DNA from: Octopus sinensis
Lineage: Eukaryota
NCBI RefSeq assembly: GCF_006345805.1
Contig: NC_042997.1
Coordinates: 172,732,001 to 172,796,000 of the forward strand
Reading direction: 5' to 3'
DNA length: 64,000 bases
Part shown: positions 40,271 to 53,245 of the stretch, piece by piece
How positions within the stretch are numbered: position 1 is the first letter of the stretch
Layout: every line of letters starts with the position of its first letter
Notes under the pieces: model-generated
The model's database searches: none
The model's input: the letters and a program-made list of their open reading frames with translations, nothing else
Told to the model about the DNA's origin: nothing
Program-made: the position numbers and the translations under genes

Positions 40271-40920
40271 TAACGGGAAGCTTTATGAAAATAAACAAAA
40301 GACGAAGGCAGGTGGAAGACAAACGAACAATTGTATTGGTATGGCGCTCAGGAATATAAATAAAACAAGTCTTTAACGTTTCAGCCTACGCTCTTCAACA
40401 GAAAGATACACGAGAGAGAAAAACACAGAAAGAAGGAGAGAAAAAAAAATGCGTGCAGTAGCTAACGATCAACAATGGCGATATGATTTCGGCCAGAGGT
40501 CAAGATCAAACATGAGACGCGAGAGCGAAATAAGGGGAGATAATAGGGTTGATAAAAGGGTGATGACCAGCTAAAAGTGGTCGTGGGAGGGGTCTTGGAT
40601 GTGTGTATGTATATGGGTTGGTGTATGTATTAGTATGTAGACGGTGTGTGTGTGTGTGTGTGTGGTGTGGTGTATGAGAGAGTATTAGTGGCGTACGATT
40701 GGTCTGGACGTGCATATGTATGGGGTTGGTGTATGTATTAGTATGTATTAGTATGATTAGTACGTATTGGTATGTATAGGTGTGTGTTTGTGTGTGTGAG
40801 AGAGTATAAGTGCGTATGCGGGGTCTGAACGTGTGTATGTATAGGGTTTGGTGAGTATTAGTATGTACTAGTATGTATTAGTACGTATTAGTAATGTATT
40901 AGTTGGTGTGTGTATTAGTA
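40271..40920 (-). mobile_element. Penelope-like terminal repeat plus GT-rich subrepeats
   Basis: 40271-40480 is nearly identical to 55039-55250; contains a hammerhead-like motif. Confidence 0.65.
40370..40406 (-). ncRNA. Hammerhead-like motif (CUGUUGA core), 1-nt deletion in stem II
   Basis: Minus strand TCTTT-CTGTTGA-A-GAGCGTAGGCT-GAAACGTT-AAAGA. Confidence 0.45.
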
Positions 40921-41087
40921 TGGCACATCATATGTGATGTGATGTGTAAAGTCATGTGTTGTAGTGAGGAGAAGAGGGGAAGGGGGAGAAGAGGGGAGAG
41001 AAGGGGAGGGGAAAGAAAGGGGGGAGAGGGGGACGAGGAGACCATGGTGGGGAATATATATATATATATATATATATATCATCACAT

Positions 41088-41310
41088 CATCATCATCATC
41101 GTTTAGCGTCCGTTTTCCATGCTAGCATGGGTTGGGACGGTTTTCTACTGGGGTCTGTGAAGCCAGAAAGGCTTCATCAGGCCCAGTCAATCTGGCAAGT
41201 GTTTCTATCTACGGCTGGATGCCCTTCCTAACGCTTTTTTACGTGTCACCCGCACAGGTGCCAGACAGAGCTGGCAAACGGCCACGAACGGATGGTGCTT
41301 TTTATGTGCC
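41088..41310 (-). mobile_element. Family B element with internal deletion
   Basis: CATCATC tail and GTCCGTTTTCCATGCTAGCATGGG. Confidence 0.8.
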
Positions 41311-41730
41311 ACCGGCACATATATACATATATATACATATATATGATGGGCTTCTTTCAGTTTCCGTCAACCAAATCCACTCACAAGGCTTTGGTCAGAC
41401 CAAGGCTATAGTAGAAGACACTTGCCCAAGGTGCCACGCAGTGGGACTGAACCCAGAACCATGTGGTTCGTAAACAAGCTACTTACCACACAGCCACTTC
41501 TACACCTTACACTCTTTATCTCTATATAAGACCCAATGCAACACAAAAGTGAAAAAGAAAATGCAGCAACTGACCTGTCAACAATCTATTTATTCTGATT
41601 TTAAAATTTGGTGCAAAGCCAGAAATTTTAGGATTTGAGGTGAGTTAATTACATTGACCCCAGCGCTCAACTGGTACTTATTTTATCGAACCCCCCCCCC
41701 CGGAGGGTGAATTCGAACACAGATGAAAAT

Positions 41731-42752
41731 TGTAGTTGTGATACCCGTGCTGGTGGCACGTAAAGAGCACCATCTGAACGTGGCCAATGCCAGCATTACC
41801 TGACTGGAGTCCGTGTTATTGACACATAAAAAGCACCAACTGATTGTGGCTGTTTGCCAGCCTCCTCAGGCCCCTGTGCTGGTTGCACGTAAAGAGCACC
41901 ATCTGAACGTGGCCAATGCCAGCATTACCTGACTGGAGTCCGTGTTATTGACACATAAAAAGCACCAACTGATTGTGGCTGTTTGCCAGCCTCCTCAGGC
42001 CCCTGTGCTGGTTGCACGAAGAAACAACCATCTGAACGTGGCCAATGCCAGCATTACCTGACTGGAGGTCCGTGTTATTGACACATAAAAAGCACCAACT
42101 GTTTGTGGCTGTTTGCCAGCCTCCTCGCCCCCTGTGGCTTGGTTGCACGTACAGACACCATCAGTGAACGTGGCCAATGCCAGCATTCTGACTGGCGTCC
42201 GTGTTATTGACACATAAAGCACCAACTGATGTGGCTGTTTGCCAGCCTCCTCAGGCCCCCCCTGTGCTGGTTGCACTAAGAGCACCATCTGAACGTGGCC
42301 AATGCCAGCATTACCATGACTGGAGTCCGTGGTTATTGACACATAAAAAGCCCCAACTGATTGTGGCTGTTTGCCACCCTCCTCAGGCCCCTGTGCTGGT
42401 TGCACGAAAGAGCACCATCTGAACGTGGCCAGCCATCATTACCTGACTGGAGTCCGTGTTATTGCCATAAAAGCACCAACTGATTGTGGCTGTTTGCCAG
42501 CCTCCTCAGGCCCCTGTGCTGGTTTCACGTAAAGAGCACCATGAACGTGGCCAATGACACTTTGGCATTACCTGATGGAGTCCGTGTTATTGACACATAA
42601 AAAGCACCAACTGATTGCGTGGCTGTTTGCCAGCCTCCTCAGGTCCCTGTGCTGGTTGCACGTAAAAAGCAGCCACTACACTCACGGAGTGGTTGGCGTT
42701 AGGAAAGGTATCCAGCTGTAGAAACACTAGCAGATCAGACTGGAGCCTGGTG
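41731..42752 (+). mobile_element. Family B element with internal module expanded to 7 x ~129 bp
   Basis: (T)AAAGAGCACCAT-type anchor at about 41761, 41890, 42018, 42150, 42277, 42406 and 42530; normal family B 3' part follows. Confidence 0.92.
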
Positions 42753-43028
42753 CAGCTAAGTGACAGGGACATAAACACACCAGCATCGGTTGTCAAGCGA
42801 TGTTGGGGGGGACAAACACAGACATACAAACATACACGCACACATATATATATATACATATATACAATGGGCTTCTTTCAGTTTCCGTCTACCAAATCCA
42901 CTCACAAGGCTTTGGTCGGCCCAAGGCTACAGTAGAAGACACTTGCCCAAGGTGCCACGCAGTGGGACTGAACCCGGAACCATGTGGTTGGTAAACAAGC
43001 TACTTACCACACAGCCACTCCTGCGCCT
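42753..43028 (-). mobile_element. SINE A, 5' two-thirds, fused to the family B element
   Basis: Junction GGTGCAGC|TAAGTGAC. Confidence 0.85.
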
Positions 43029-43719
43029 ATATATATATATATATATATATAGAAAGAGAGAGAGAGAGCGATACATACACACATATGTATAAATACAAAC
43101 ACACACACACACACAAAAACACACATATATATGCACGAACACACGCACACACACATACACACGCAGGCATGTGTGAACTTCTAATTTGTTGTCTCTTGAG
43201 GTCTCTGAGTGAGAGTTGAACTCAACTTGTACAAATACAAAGCAAAAGTCAAACATATAATAATAATGATAATGATAGGCTTACCATCCCTACAGAAAGT
43301 GCAAAAAATCGTATTAACTGGAACGGCTCATGTACTGAGAAGAGCATTATCGCTGTGAAAACAACATCCTCCATGAATTTATTTATTTATTAATTTTTAA
43401 ATACATATTTTACCTGTGAATTTGCGTGTGTAATCTGGGAATGCATACAATGAGCTTCTCTGCCCTAGGTGTATGGAAAACACTCGGCGAGAAACGGAAG
43501 AAAATTTGAAGAAAGAAAGAAAAAACATAATAATAATAATAACAATAATAATAATGGTTTCAAATTTCAGTGCAAGGTCAGCAATTTTGTTATGTATATT
43601 ATTGACCCCAAAAGGATGGAAAGCCAAGTCAACCTAAACAGAATTTGAACTCAGAACATAAAGCCAATAATACTACATGTACCACTGTATCCCAACATGT
43701 CATAACAAGTAAAAAAAAA

Positions 43720-44510
43720 ATTTTTTTTGAAGTTGGTACTCAGTGGTGCATCTGGCTGTAAAATGTTGTCTCAAAATGTCCTGTCCAACCCATGTCATTA
43801 TGGAGGTGATATGCAGAATGACAAGAATGATGATGCCACCTCTACTGCTGATGACAAAAGTGATGACAATGATGATAATGAAGATGATGATGATGATGAT
43901 AATGATGACGACAATCAAGAGTGGGAGGAGAAGGATGGTGACAATGACAATGACAGTGATGATGATGATGACAACAGTGATGACAATGATGATGACAATA
44001 ATTATGATAATGATTATGATGATGACAACAACAACAATGATGATGATGATGATGAGGATGACGACGAGGATGACAAGGACAATGATGGTCATGATGATGA
44101 CAACAACAACATCGATGATGATGACAATGGCAATGATAATGATGATGACAGTGATGATGGTGATGAGGAGGAGGAGGGAGTGGCGAGTAAGAGGAAGAGG
44201 AAGAAGTGGAGAAAGAAGAGAAGGAAAAAGAGAAGGAAGAAGAAGACAAAGAAGAAGAAGAGAAGGAAAAAGAGAAGGAAGAAGAAGACAAAGAAGAAGA
44301 AGAGAAGGAAGAAGAAGAGAAGGAAGAGGAAGGAAGAAGAGGAGGAAGGAGAGTAAGAGGATGAGGAGGATGCTGAGAACAATGACAACACCTATGATGA
44401 TGATAGGGAGTATAATGATGACAAAAGTGATGTCAATGATAATGATAATGATGATGATGATGAGGAGGAAAAAGATGATGATGAGGATGATATTAATAAC
44501 GATAATAATT
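43720..44510 (+). repeat. Diverged family B 3' end running into a (GAT/GAC)n-(AAG)n-(GAT)n composite array
   Basis: GGTGCATCTGGCTGTAAA..GTCCAACCCATG precedes the array; includes a 39-bp duplication in the AAG block. Confidence 0.8.
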
Positions 44511-46389
44511 AACTGTATGAGAAACTATGCACGAATCTCATCCAACATACAAACGATGTAAATCATTCTGAATAAAAAAAAAGCCTGCCCTTTAGTTTTA
44601 ATGCAAAGAATCTTCTAATTAATCATGATGAAAATGAGGATGAAGAGTGAAGGAGGAGTTAAAGAAAAATGACAGAACAATGAAGGAAAATAAGAATAAA
44701 ACAAAAGACAAACAAACTATAAAGGAAACAACAGAAAGAGAGAGAATTGTATAGAAATTAATAAAGAAGAAAAAAATAGGAACCATAAAGAAAATAAAAA
44801 AAATGAAAACATAATAATAAAGATAAAAAGAAAGAATATAGAAATAAGAAAATAACAATAAAGAGAGAAAAGAATGAGAGAAAAAAAAAACAAGAATATT
44901 CATGAGCCATAAAGAGAAGGAAAAGAAAGCAAATAAGAATAAGAAAATATAAGAGGCATAAAAAAAAAGGAAGGAAATAAAAAGAAAAATAAGAAGAAAC
45001 ATGAACCATAAAGAGACAAAAATAAAAGAAAAGAAGAAATACAGAAAGAAAGGAAGGAAGAAAGAAGAAAAGAAAGAAAGAAAGAAAGAAAGAAGGAACC
45101 GATGTATAGGGTTGAATATATTATGTTTGTGCTGAAATTCAATATATCCTGAGTAAAATTATGTGGATGCATCAAATACACAGTAATAAGGAATGTTTAA
45201 TATTTGGTGAGTCAATAGAACAATTCTGAGAATCAATACAGGATTTCTATTACTTTTGAACGACTATGGTAGAATTTGCTGAGAATCTGTAAACATACTC
45301 TTTAGTTTTGTCACAAAGCAATTCATTCTTTTTGGCTATTTATTTAATTTCTTGTGTGTACTTTGTTTTATTTTATTAGTAGTTTTATTTTTATTTTTAT
45401 CTTTATTTTTTATTTTTTACCATTTTAAAAATATTATTATTATTAATTATTATAATTTAAAAACATTATTTTTTTTTTTTCGCTTTTTTGTTGTTCTTTG
45501 TTCTTGTCTCATTTACCTCATCTTTTCTCTTCTTTCTCATCTCTCATCTCTCATTTCCGCTCAGTGTGTTCAACCCCACCACCACCACCACCCCTCACAG
45601 TCAGCCTCCTCCTCCTCCTCTTCCTCTTTCACATTTTTTTTCCTTCTTCTGTTCCTTTCTGAAACAATGCTTATTAATTTGTGGTCAGTTTGACTAAAGC
45701 AATTTAGTAAAGTTTGCTCATGGCTACTTAATAAAAAGCACTTAGCTACAGAACAAATATGAGCACATATATGCTCGTATATACATGTCTGTGTATGCCT
45801 GAATATAGTCTTTTTTGTTAATTGTTTTTTTTTTTTTTTTCACACATTCTTTTCATATTTCCTTTATGGTTTGTTTGAAACAATAAAATTCCCTGGTCCA
45901 TCAATGTTTCTAGATGTTCTTGGTTTTATCTTTCAGACGAAGCGATTATTAGATGCGTTTGTTATTGCATCTCTTTTTTTATTCTGAACAAGAATCATGA
46001 GAATGAAATTGTGTATATAATGGCAAGACCGTTTGCAGAGATGGAGAAAATACATTCTAGATACAAGTCCTGCTGTGGTTTGATGAAAACAAAGTACCAG
46101 TCCATTGTATTGGTCTGATGAAATTGTTAGACTCTTGGACAAAAAAAATAATTTACCATATTTATTCTGGAGCTTTATGAACTGAGAACCCTGATAGGTG
46201 TGATGAACTTATCTGTATCTGACAAGAGTGAGTTGAATAAAAAATATCAGAATAAAGACAAAAGAAAAAACTATCAAAATATCTTTGTATTCTCCCATGA
46301 AAATATCATGATGACCACATGGTGCTTGTCAACCAAAGTTACCAGGGGTTGTCCATTGACCTCAAAGCACAAAAAAGTGAATATATATA

Positions 46390-46423
<34 letters not shown>

Positions 46424-46436
46424 CATACATATATAC

Positions 46437-46500
<64 letters not shown>

Positions 46501-46767
46501 CATACATGCAATCATACACACATACTCATACACACATACTCATACACACACATACATGAAGAGAAAGAGAGAGAGAGCACGAAGCATGGCTGTGTGGTGA
46601 AGAGGCTTGCTTTGTAACTGCATGTTTTGGGTTCAGTTCCATTGTGTAATACCTAAGATAAGTGTTCTCTTCTATAGCCCCAGGCCAACTAAAGCCTTGT
46701 GTGTAGATTTGGTAGACAGTAACCAAATGAAGTCCATCATATATTAATAATTACCTGTCTATCTTCA

Positions 46768-46801
<34 letters not shown>

Positions 46802-46884
46802 CCTATCTATCTATTTATCTATCTGTCTGTCTGTCCACTTACCTATCTATCTGATTACTTACCTATCTATTTGTTTATATATAG

Positions 46885-46930
<46 letters not shown>

Positions 46931-47020
46931 CAATGAAAAGAAAACAAAAAAAATTCTTAAACACACACACACGCACACAAACACACAGACACACACACAC
47001 ACACACACACAAACACACAG

Positions 47021-47056
<36 letters not shown>

Positions 47057-47060
47057 GTGC

Positions 47061-47122
<62 letters not shown>

Positions 47123-47479
47123 TCATACACACAAATAATTATTAGCAATGGAAGCAGTATTTGTAGTAAAAGGCAATACTAAAAGACTCTTCCCCTTGAG
47201 TGGTTCTTTCATATAGAGGTATGGTGCATAAAAGCACAGACGTATATTGTAGCAGGTGTGAAACATCTGGTATGGGCACCATAACTGCTAGATCACATGA
47301 TTTCAATATACTTCACATCTTCAGTGACAGGTGTCCAGTGATTGCATACCAGTCAAGTTTTGCTGCCTTGATATACAGAATTATAGTGTCCTTCCAGTCA
47401 CTGATGTTGCAAATAGCTTATTAAAAATAATTATTAGTGGTGGAAGCAATGTTAGTACCAAAGGGAAATTTTATATCCA

Positions 47480-47810
47480 ATTTAACATGGATGTCTTGTT
47501 AGAATGCTGAATATTATGATATTTGCTTTGAGAGGTTTATCACTATAATTGAAGACATCAGCTACCTTATTGTCTGTGAGAGATTGTCTTCCAGTTACTC
47601 TCTTCTTATGAAGCATGCTGCAGAATGGAATAAGAGAAGAGAATATACCAGCAGACAAAATTGAATATATTGAGAATGAGGAGTCAAAAAAAAGGTAGAA
47701 CTGAAAAATGAAACAGCTACCAGGGTAAAACACAGTCAACCAGATATTGTTATGTGGAATTACAAGGAAAAGAAAAATTCTCTTTTGTGGAAACTTCTGA
47801 TTATGGGGTG
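47480..47810 (+). pseudogene. RLE-type (R4/Dong/NeSL-like) non-LTR retrotransposon C-terminal remnant
   Basis: IEDISYLIVCERLSSSYSLLMKH (decayed zinc knuckle) and TRVKHSQPDIVMWNYKEKK..VETS (PD-(D/E)xK-like). Confidence 0.65.
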
Positions 47811-48366
47811 AGTGTAAATATAATTTGAATTTGTGCTATTTTATATACATTCACTAATTTACTTCATGTATATGTACACATAATTTAAAATACTGCTCTT
47901 ACACCAGATACCAGAAACAGCTGTAAAGAATCACTCGTATTCTCTTCTTTCTTATTTGAGATTCAAATATGAACTTACCAGATATCTACTTACCTAATTA
48001 TCAAGAACTACTATGAAAGATTACTAAGATACTCCTCTCTTTTTTTTCTGTGATATTACAGTATGAACTCTCCAACTACCTATCTATGAAGAACTACTAT
48101 GAACTCTCACTTTCCTGGTTTTCCTGTTTTTCTGCTTAATTATCTTTATACTGACTTCTGAATAACTATTTGTTTTGATGCCAGTAACAACTATCTATCC
48201 ACCTGTTATTTTATTGTACTTTCATTAGCTCAACTGGTGCATTGCCTGTTTGCCTGAATTCCATTCGTTCAGCATTAAATTTTAGGTATATGGTTTGGTT
48301 TGAACACTAATTGTCTGTAAGTAGTGTACATCTTTTTTATATATTTTTACCCATCATATATGTTTA

Positions 48367-48409
<43 letters not shown>

Positions 48410-48569
48410 TAAATTTCTATGCTCAATCTTTGTAACCATGATAACAGCATGTTCCTCCATTACTTGAGTAAGCTGAGGGTCTGCCATTATTACTATCTGA
48501 AACAAAGATTATTTAGAGCTACCAGAAAATGCAACAATGACCAAAAATAAGGTATGTCCTTAAATAACT

Positions 48570-49330
48570 TATGCACCCTGTACCCAGTGTAAGCTATGGA
48601 TGCATAAGAGGTGCAGCAACATCAAAGGAAGGTTAATCGGGATGACAGCTTTTGTGTGCGGCAAAAGCACAGGGGCAATAAACACTGCAGATGCTCAGAA
48701 AATGGATTCCATCACATGCAAGGGGGAGAAACAAGAAGTAGTCGATAGCTTCCACTTCCTAGGTGACCAAGTCTGTAGTAGGGGTGATGCTCAGAGGGCA
48801 TTGCCACTAGAATAAGAATAGACTGGGCAAAGTTCGGAAAGCTCCTACATCTACGGTGACAAAGAGCCTCTCGCTCAGAATGAAAGGTAGACTGCATGAT
48901 GCATGTGTGCAAACTGCCATGCTACATGGCAGTTAAACATGGGCCTTGACTGCTGAAGACATGCGTAGGTTTGAAAGAGATGAAGTTGGTATGATCTGCT
49001 GGATGAGTAATGTCAGCATGCAAATTCAACAGTGTAAGCGACCTGAGAGAAATGGTGGGCTTAAGAAGCATCAGATGTAGTGTGCAAGAGATGACTGCAC
49101 TGGTATGGTCATGTGCTGCATTTGGATGAGGTGAGTTGTGTGAAGAAATGTCACTCCTAAACAGTGGAAAGAACCTATGGAAGAGGGAGACCCAGGAAGA
49201 CATGGAATGAAGTGGTGAAGCATGGCCTTCGAATGTTGGGTCTCACAGAGGCAATGACAAGAGACGGAGGCTTCTGGAGATATACTGTGATTGAGAAGGC
49301 CTGGCAAGTAAAGTGAGATCACAGCCGTAG
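48570..49330 (+). pseudogene. RTE LINE 3' remnant
   Basis: CTQCKLWMHKRCSNIKGRL; VVDSFHFLGDQV; RMKGRLHDACV; same family as 16385-18215. Confidence 0.88.
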
Positions 49331-49631
49331 CCTATTCCAGCGTCACATAACCAGCCCATTTAAAAATTACCTTAGAATATTCTGGTGACACACCATGGTT
49401 GAGGAGAGCTATTGAGTCAAGTAAAATCAAAAATCTAACATCAAAAATCAAATCACAATCAAAAATGTTAATTGTATTTGTGGCTGGTGCCAGGTCCGCC
49501 TCCCTGGCTCTTGTGCTGGTGGCACGCAATAAGCACCATTCATGCGTAGGTTGTTGCCAGTGCTGCCTGACTGGCTCCCTGTGCCAGTGGCACATAAAAT
49601 GCACCATATATATATATATATATATATATAC

Positions 49632-49880
49632 TATAGGTGCAGGAGTGACTGTGTGGTAAGTAGCTTGTTTACCAACCACATGGTTCTGGGTCAGTCTCAC
49701 TGCACGCCACCTTGGCAATGTCTTCTACTATAGCCTCGGGCCGACCAAAGTCTTGTGAGTGGATTTGGTAGATGGAAACTGAAAGAAGCCCGTTGTATAT
49801 ATGTATGTATATATATATGTATGTGTGTGTATATGTTTTTTGTGTCTGTGTTTGTCCCCCCAACATCGCTTGACAACTGA
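49632..49880 (+). mobile_element. SINE A 5' part joined to a short RTE RT fragment (49885-49980)
   Basis: AGGTGCAGGAGTGACTGTGTGGTAAGTAGC head; then GLRVNVAKTKVLVSRK. Confidence 0.8.
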
Positions 49881-50039
49881 TGCTGGTGGGCCTTAGAGTC
49901 AATGTTGCAAAAACCAAAGTCCTAGTAAGTAGGAAGGTAAACAATTTACAAACCCCTTCAGGTAGAAGGCATTGCTTGTGTATCATGCCCCCCCCCGTGC
50001 CACAAAGAACATATCCAAGGCATCTCTCCCTGTTATATG

Positions 50040-50900
50040 GTTGGCTAATTCAAAAGCATGGGTTACTGTTGTAGTTTTTGAAGATTGGTTCTTCAATCAT
50101 TATCCCAGCAGCAGAGAAGTACTGTAAGGAGAAGGGAATTCCTTTTAAGGTTTTACTTATCTTAGATAATGCTCCTGGCCACCTGCAAAACATCATAGAT
50201 TTTAACCTCAACATTACTGTTATATCCCTCCCTCCAAACACCACGTCTGCAGCCAATGGATCAGGGAATAATTGCTATCTTCAAGCATTACTATATGAAG
50301 CATACACTGCGGCAAGCAATAGCTGCAAATGATCTTGATGAGTCCATCACACTTCTTGACTTTTGGAAGAGTTACAATATCCACAAGGCTTTTCAGAACG
50401 TAGCAGCAACATGGAATGATGTACAGAATACGGCTATGAGTGGTGTATGGAAAAAGCTTTGCTCACAATTTGTGAAAGATTTTAAGGGGTTTGATAATGT
50501 TGCCATCAACAAAACGTTGGTGAGTATGAGCAAAGAACTGGAAATGGATTTGGAGGAAGAGGATTTCACAGATTTATTTGAAAAAGACAAGCCCGTGATG
50601 AACAAGGATTTGATAGAGCTTCACCAGCAACAAAATAAAGAAGTGGAAGTCAAACCTAAGCCACATCACTTTACCATTAAGAAAATACAGCAAGCATTTG
50701 CATATATCGAAAAAGGTCTTTCTACGTTCAAGGATATAGATCCAACTGCTCAACGACTTCCAAGATTATGGGGGCTTGTCATGAATCTTTTGCTCCTTAT
50801 AATGTAATCCTTGAGGAAAAGAGAAGAAAACAGTTCAAGGAACTCTCAACAACTTTTTAAGCACATCGAACAATAAGAAAAACCAGAGTCAGCTGTTGAT
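50040..50900 (+). pseudogene. Tigger/pogo DDE transposase remnant
   Basis: PFKVLLILDNAPGH...LPPNTTS / frameshift / QPMDQGIIAIFKHYY...WKSYNI...GVWKKL. Confidence 0.92.
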
Positions 50901-51480
50901 GTTGACGATCCATAGCCATCTACACCCGTGATATAAACCACCAAATTCTATGTACGTATTGATAAATTTAAAACAATTTAGTTTTATTTTTTACTATGGC
51001 AAAATAATAATAATTAGTGAATTTGTTTTTTAAGCTTACTAAAGCTTACTAAAGCTTACTAAAGGCTTTTATTTTATCTTACAACAGGAACATAAGAGAT
51101 GAAAGTCATGGGAAAGAATATAAGAGATGCTACACCTGTCGAAAGACACCTGTTGTTAATGTCCTGTTGTTTGTATTTGTAATTATGTTGCATTTCTCCA
51201 TTTTTTCGTCCTTATTTTTGTATATATTTGCTTACTTTCTTCCAAAGAATCTAGTGAGCTTAGCTTAGATTTTCTTGGGGCCAGCCAGATTGGAACAGTC
51301 TAAAGTATAACCGGCCAAAAGTGCAATGACGATCTGGAACTCAACTGATGATAGAAAGCTCCGAATGAGCCAATTTGTTTTTTCCTGTCCTTGTTACATT
51401 CTTGTTCCATTTTTGTTTTGTTTTATTTTATATATATATATTTAGTGCCATACATACACTTTTGCGCTCCTATATGTAAG

Positions 51481-51512
<32 letters not shown>

Positions 51513-51694
51513 AATTCTGTACAACTCTTTTACTCTTTCTTTTAGCCTCCTTCACACTTTCTTTGTTGTATGTGTATATATATATATATATCTCTGTGTG
51601 TGTGAGTGTGTGTGTATGCATGTATATATGTAATGTGAGATAATAGTTTCACTATGTATATATTATATACATCTCTATGTACAATAGAAATGTT

Positions 51695-51910
51695 ATTGTT
51701 TCACTTTTGACATGTAATCCCGAAACAGTCTAAGAGATTGATCCGAGTTTGCATTAAGCAAGAAGTTGAAAGATTTTTTGGCCCATGACCCTCCATGGAC
51801 CCTAAGTAAGGTATGTGTAAAATTTGAATGAAATCGGTTGGGTAGTTCTTGAGTTTTAATGATGCAGACATCCATACAGACACACATTCTCAGTTATATA
51901 TATATAGACA
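51695..51910 (+). mobile_element. Helitron/Helentron-type non-autonomous (HINE-like) 3' end
   Basis: AAATTTGAATGAAATCGGTTGGGTAGTTCTTGAGTT...CAGACATCCATACAGACA...TTATATATATATAGA architecture. Confidence 0.5.
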
Positions 51911-52408
51911 CATAAGCTTATATAATGGATAAAAACACAAAAAGGTGTATACTACATACCAGCAATTAGTATTCAAATATATATATATATATATATATAC
52001 ATCTTGAAAAGAGAGAGAGAGAGAGAGAGAAAAGAGTAAGAGAGATTCTAAATTCTAAGCGAAACATCAATCATAACTGAATTTTACTGAACATACCAAC
52101 TTAAATGAGATGCAATAATATCTATATTCCTAATTACAGCTTAATTAGATTTTTAAATTCGAGAGTTTTAAGAATTAATTTAGGATTTCCACAAATAACA
52201 CATGCTTAATAAAGTGTGGGATTGGAACCATGATGGACGAGTATTCCAACAATAAATTCTCCTGTAGCAAATTTACTGTTGAAATTCATATATATATATA
52301 TATATATATATAATGCTAGCATGGAAAGCGGACGTTAAATGATGATGATGATGATGTATGTATGTATATTTAATAATAATAATGATAATAATAATAATAA
52401 TAATAATG

Positions 52409-52444
<36 letters not shown>

Positions 52445-52486
52445 TATAGTAATAATAGTAATAATAATAACTATATATATTATTAA

Positions 52487-52529
<43 letters not shown>

Positions 52530-52999
52530 ATTATTATTATCAATATTATATATGTATATCTGCATCCACACTTTGTTTAATACTTGTAAGACTTCAACTT
52601 CTAAACTAATCTACAATCTAACAAGCTTCTAGTTTTATGCTAGAAAGACAAAAGGTTTGATATCTTCAAGAATATATCTAAGTCTCTATGTTTTTATCTA
52701 TATCTGTTGCGATTCAGATATTGCGGAGAGAGTTCTGAATAACAACACCCTTATCCATTTCGTATCTCTTCCTTACTAAGCTCAGATACAAAGGTTTAAA
52801 CATGGTGGATTACATTTGTTTTATGCAACATCTTCTTCTTCTTCTTCTTCACCTTCGCCTCCTCCTCCTCCCCTCCTCTCTTCTACTTATTTTTTTCTTT
52901 TCTACACAAACTTTACACATCGTATGTTATAAACATACCACTCACCTCCAACACACTGCATACATGACCGCAGTCACATCAAAGTTCTGTATTCTGTCC

Positions 53000-53026
53000 T
53001 TCCTCACTACTGCTACTGCTGCTACC

Positions 53027-53059
<33 letters not shown>

Positions 53060-53062
53060 CTT

Positions 53063-53109
<47 letters not shown>

Positions 53110-53245
53110 GCTACTACTACTGCTGCTGCTGCTTCTACTACTACTTCTACTGCTGCTGCGATTGCTACTACTACTACTACTTCTACTGCTGCTGCTCCTG
53201 CTACTACCACCACCACCACTACTACTACTACTACAACTGCAGCAG
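53000..53245. repeat. (CTA)n/(CTG)n mixed trinucleotide array
   Basis: Directly visible. Confidence 0.9.

Larger units (their letters stand above)
40029..41506 (-). mobile_element. SINE A split by nested insertions
   Basis: 3' half at 40029-40262, 5' half at about 41335-41506; flanked by 82-bp direct repeats. Confidence 0.7.

Noticed and set aside
41150-41185. Minus-strand CTGATGA with hairpin
   Set aside because: No GAAA; a chance variant within a family B element
41745-42660. CRISPR-like array
   Set aside because: Eukaryotic DNA; whole units repeat with no unique spacers
43727-44561. Acidic/basic ORF called as a CDS
   Set aside because: N-terminus derives from a decayed retroelement end; the remainder is trinucleotide repeat
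45937-46122. Strong plus-strand acceptor with ~60-codon frame
   Set aside because: No convincing donor or homology
51340-51375. CTGATGA...GAA hammerhead look-alike
   Set aside because: Lacks GAAA and stem I/III pairing
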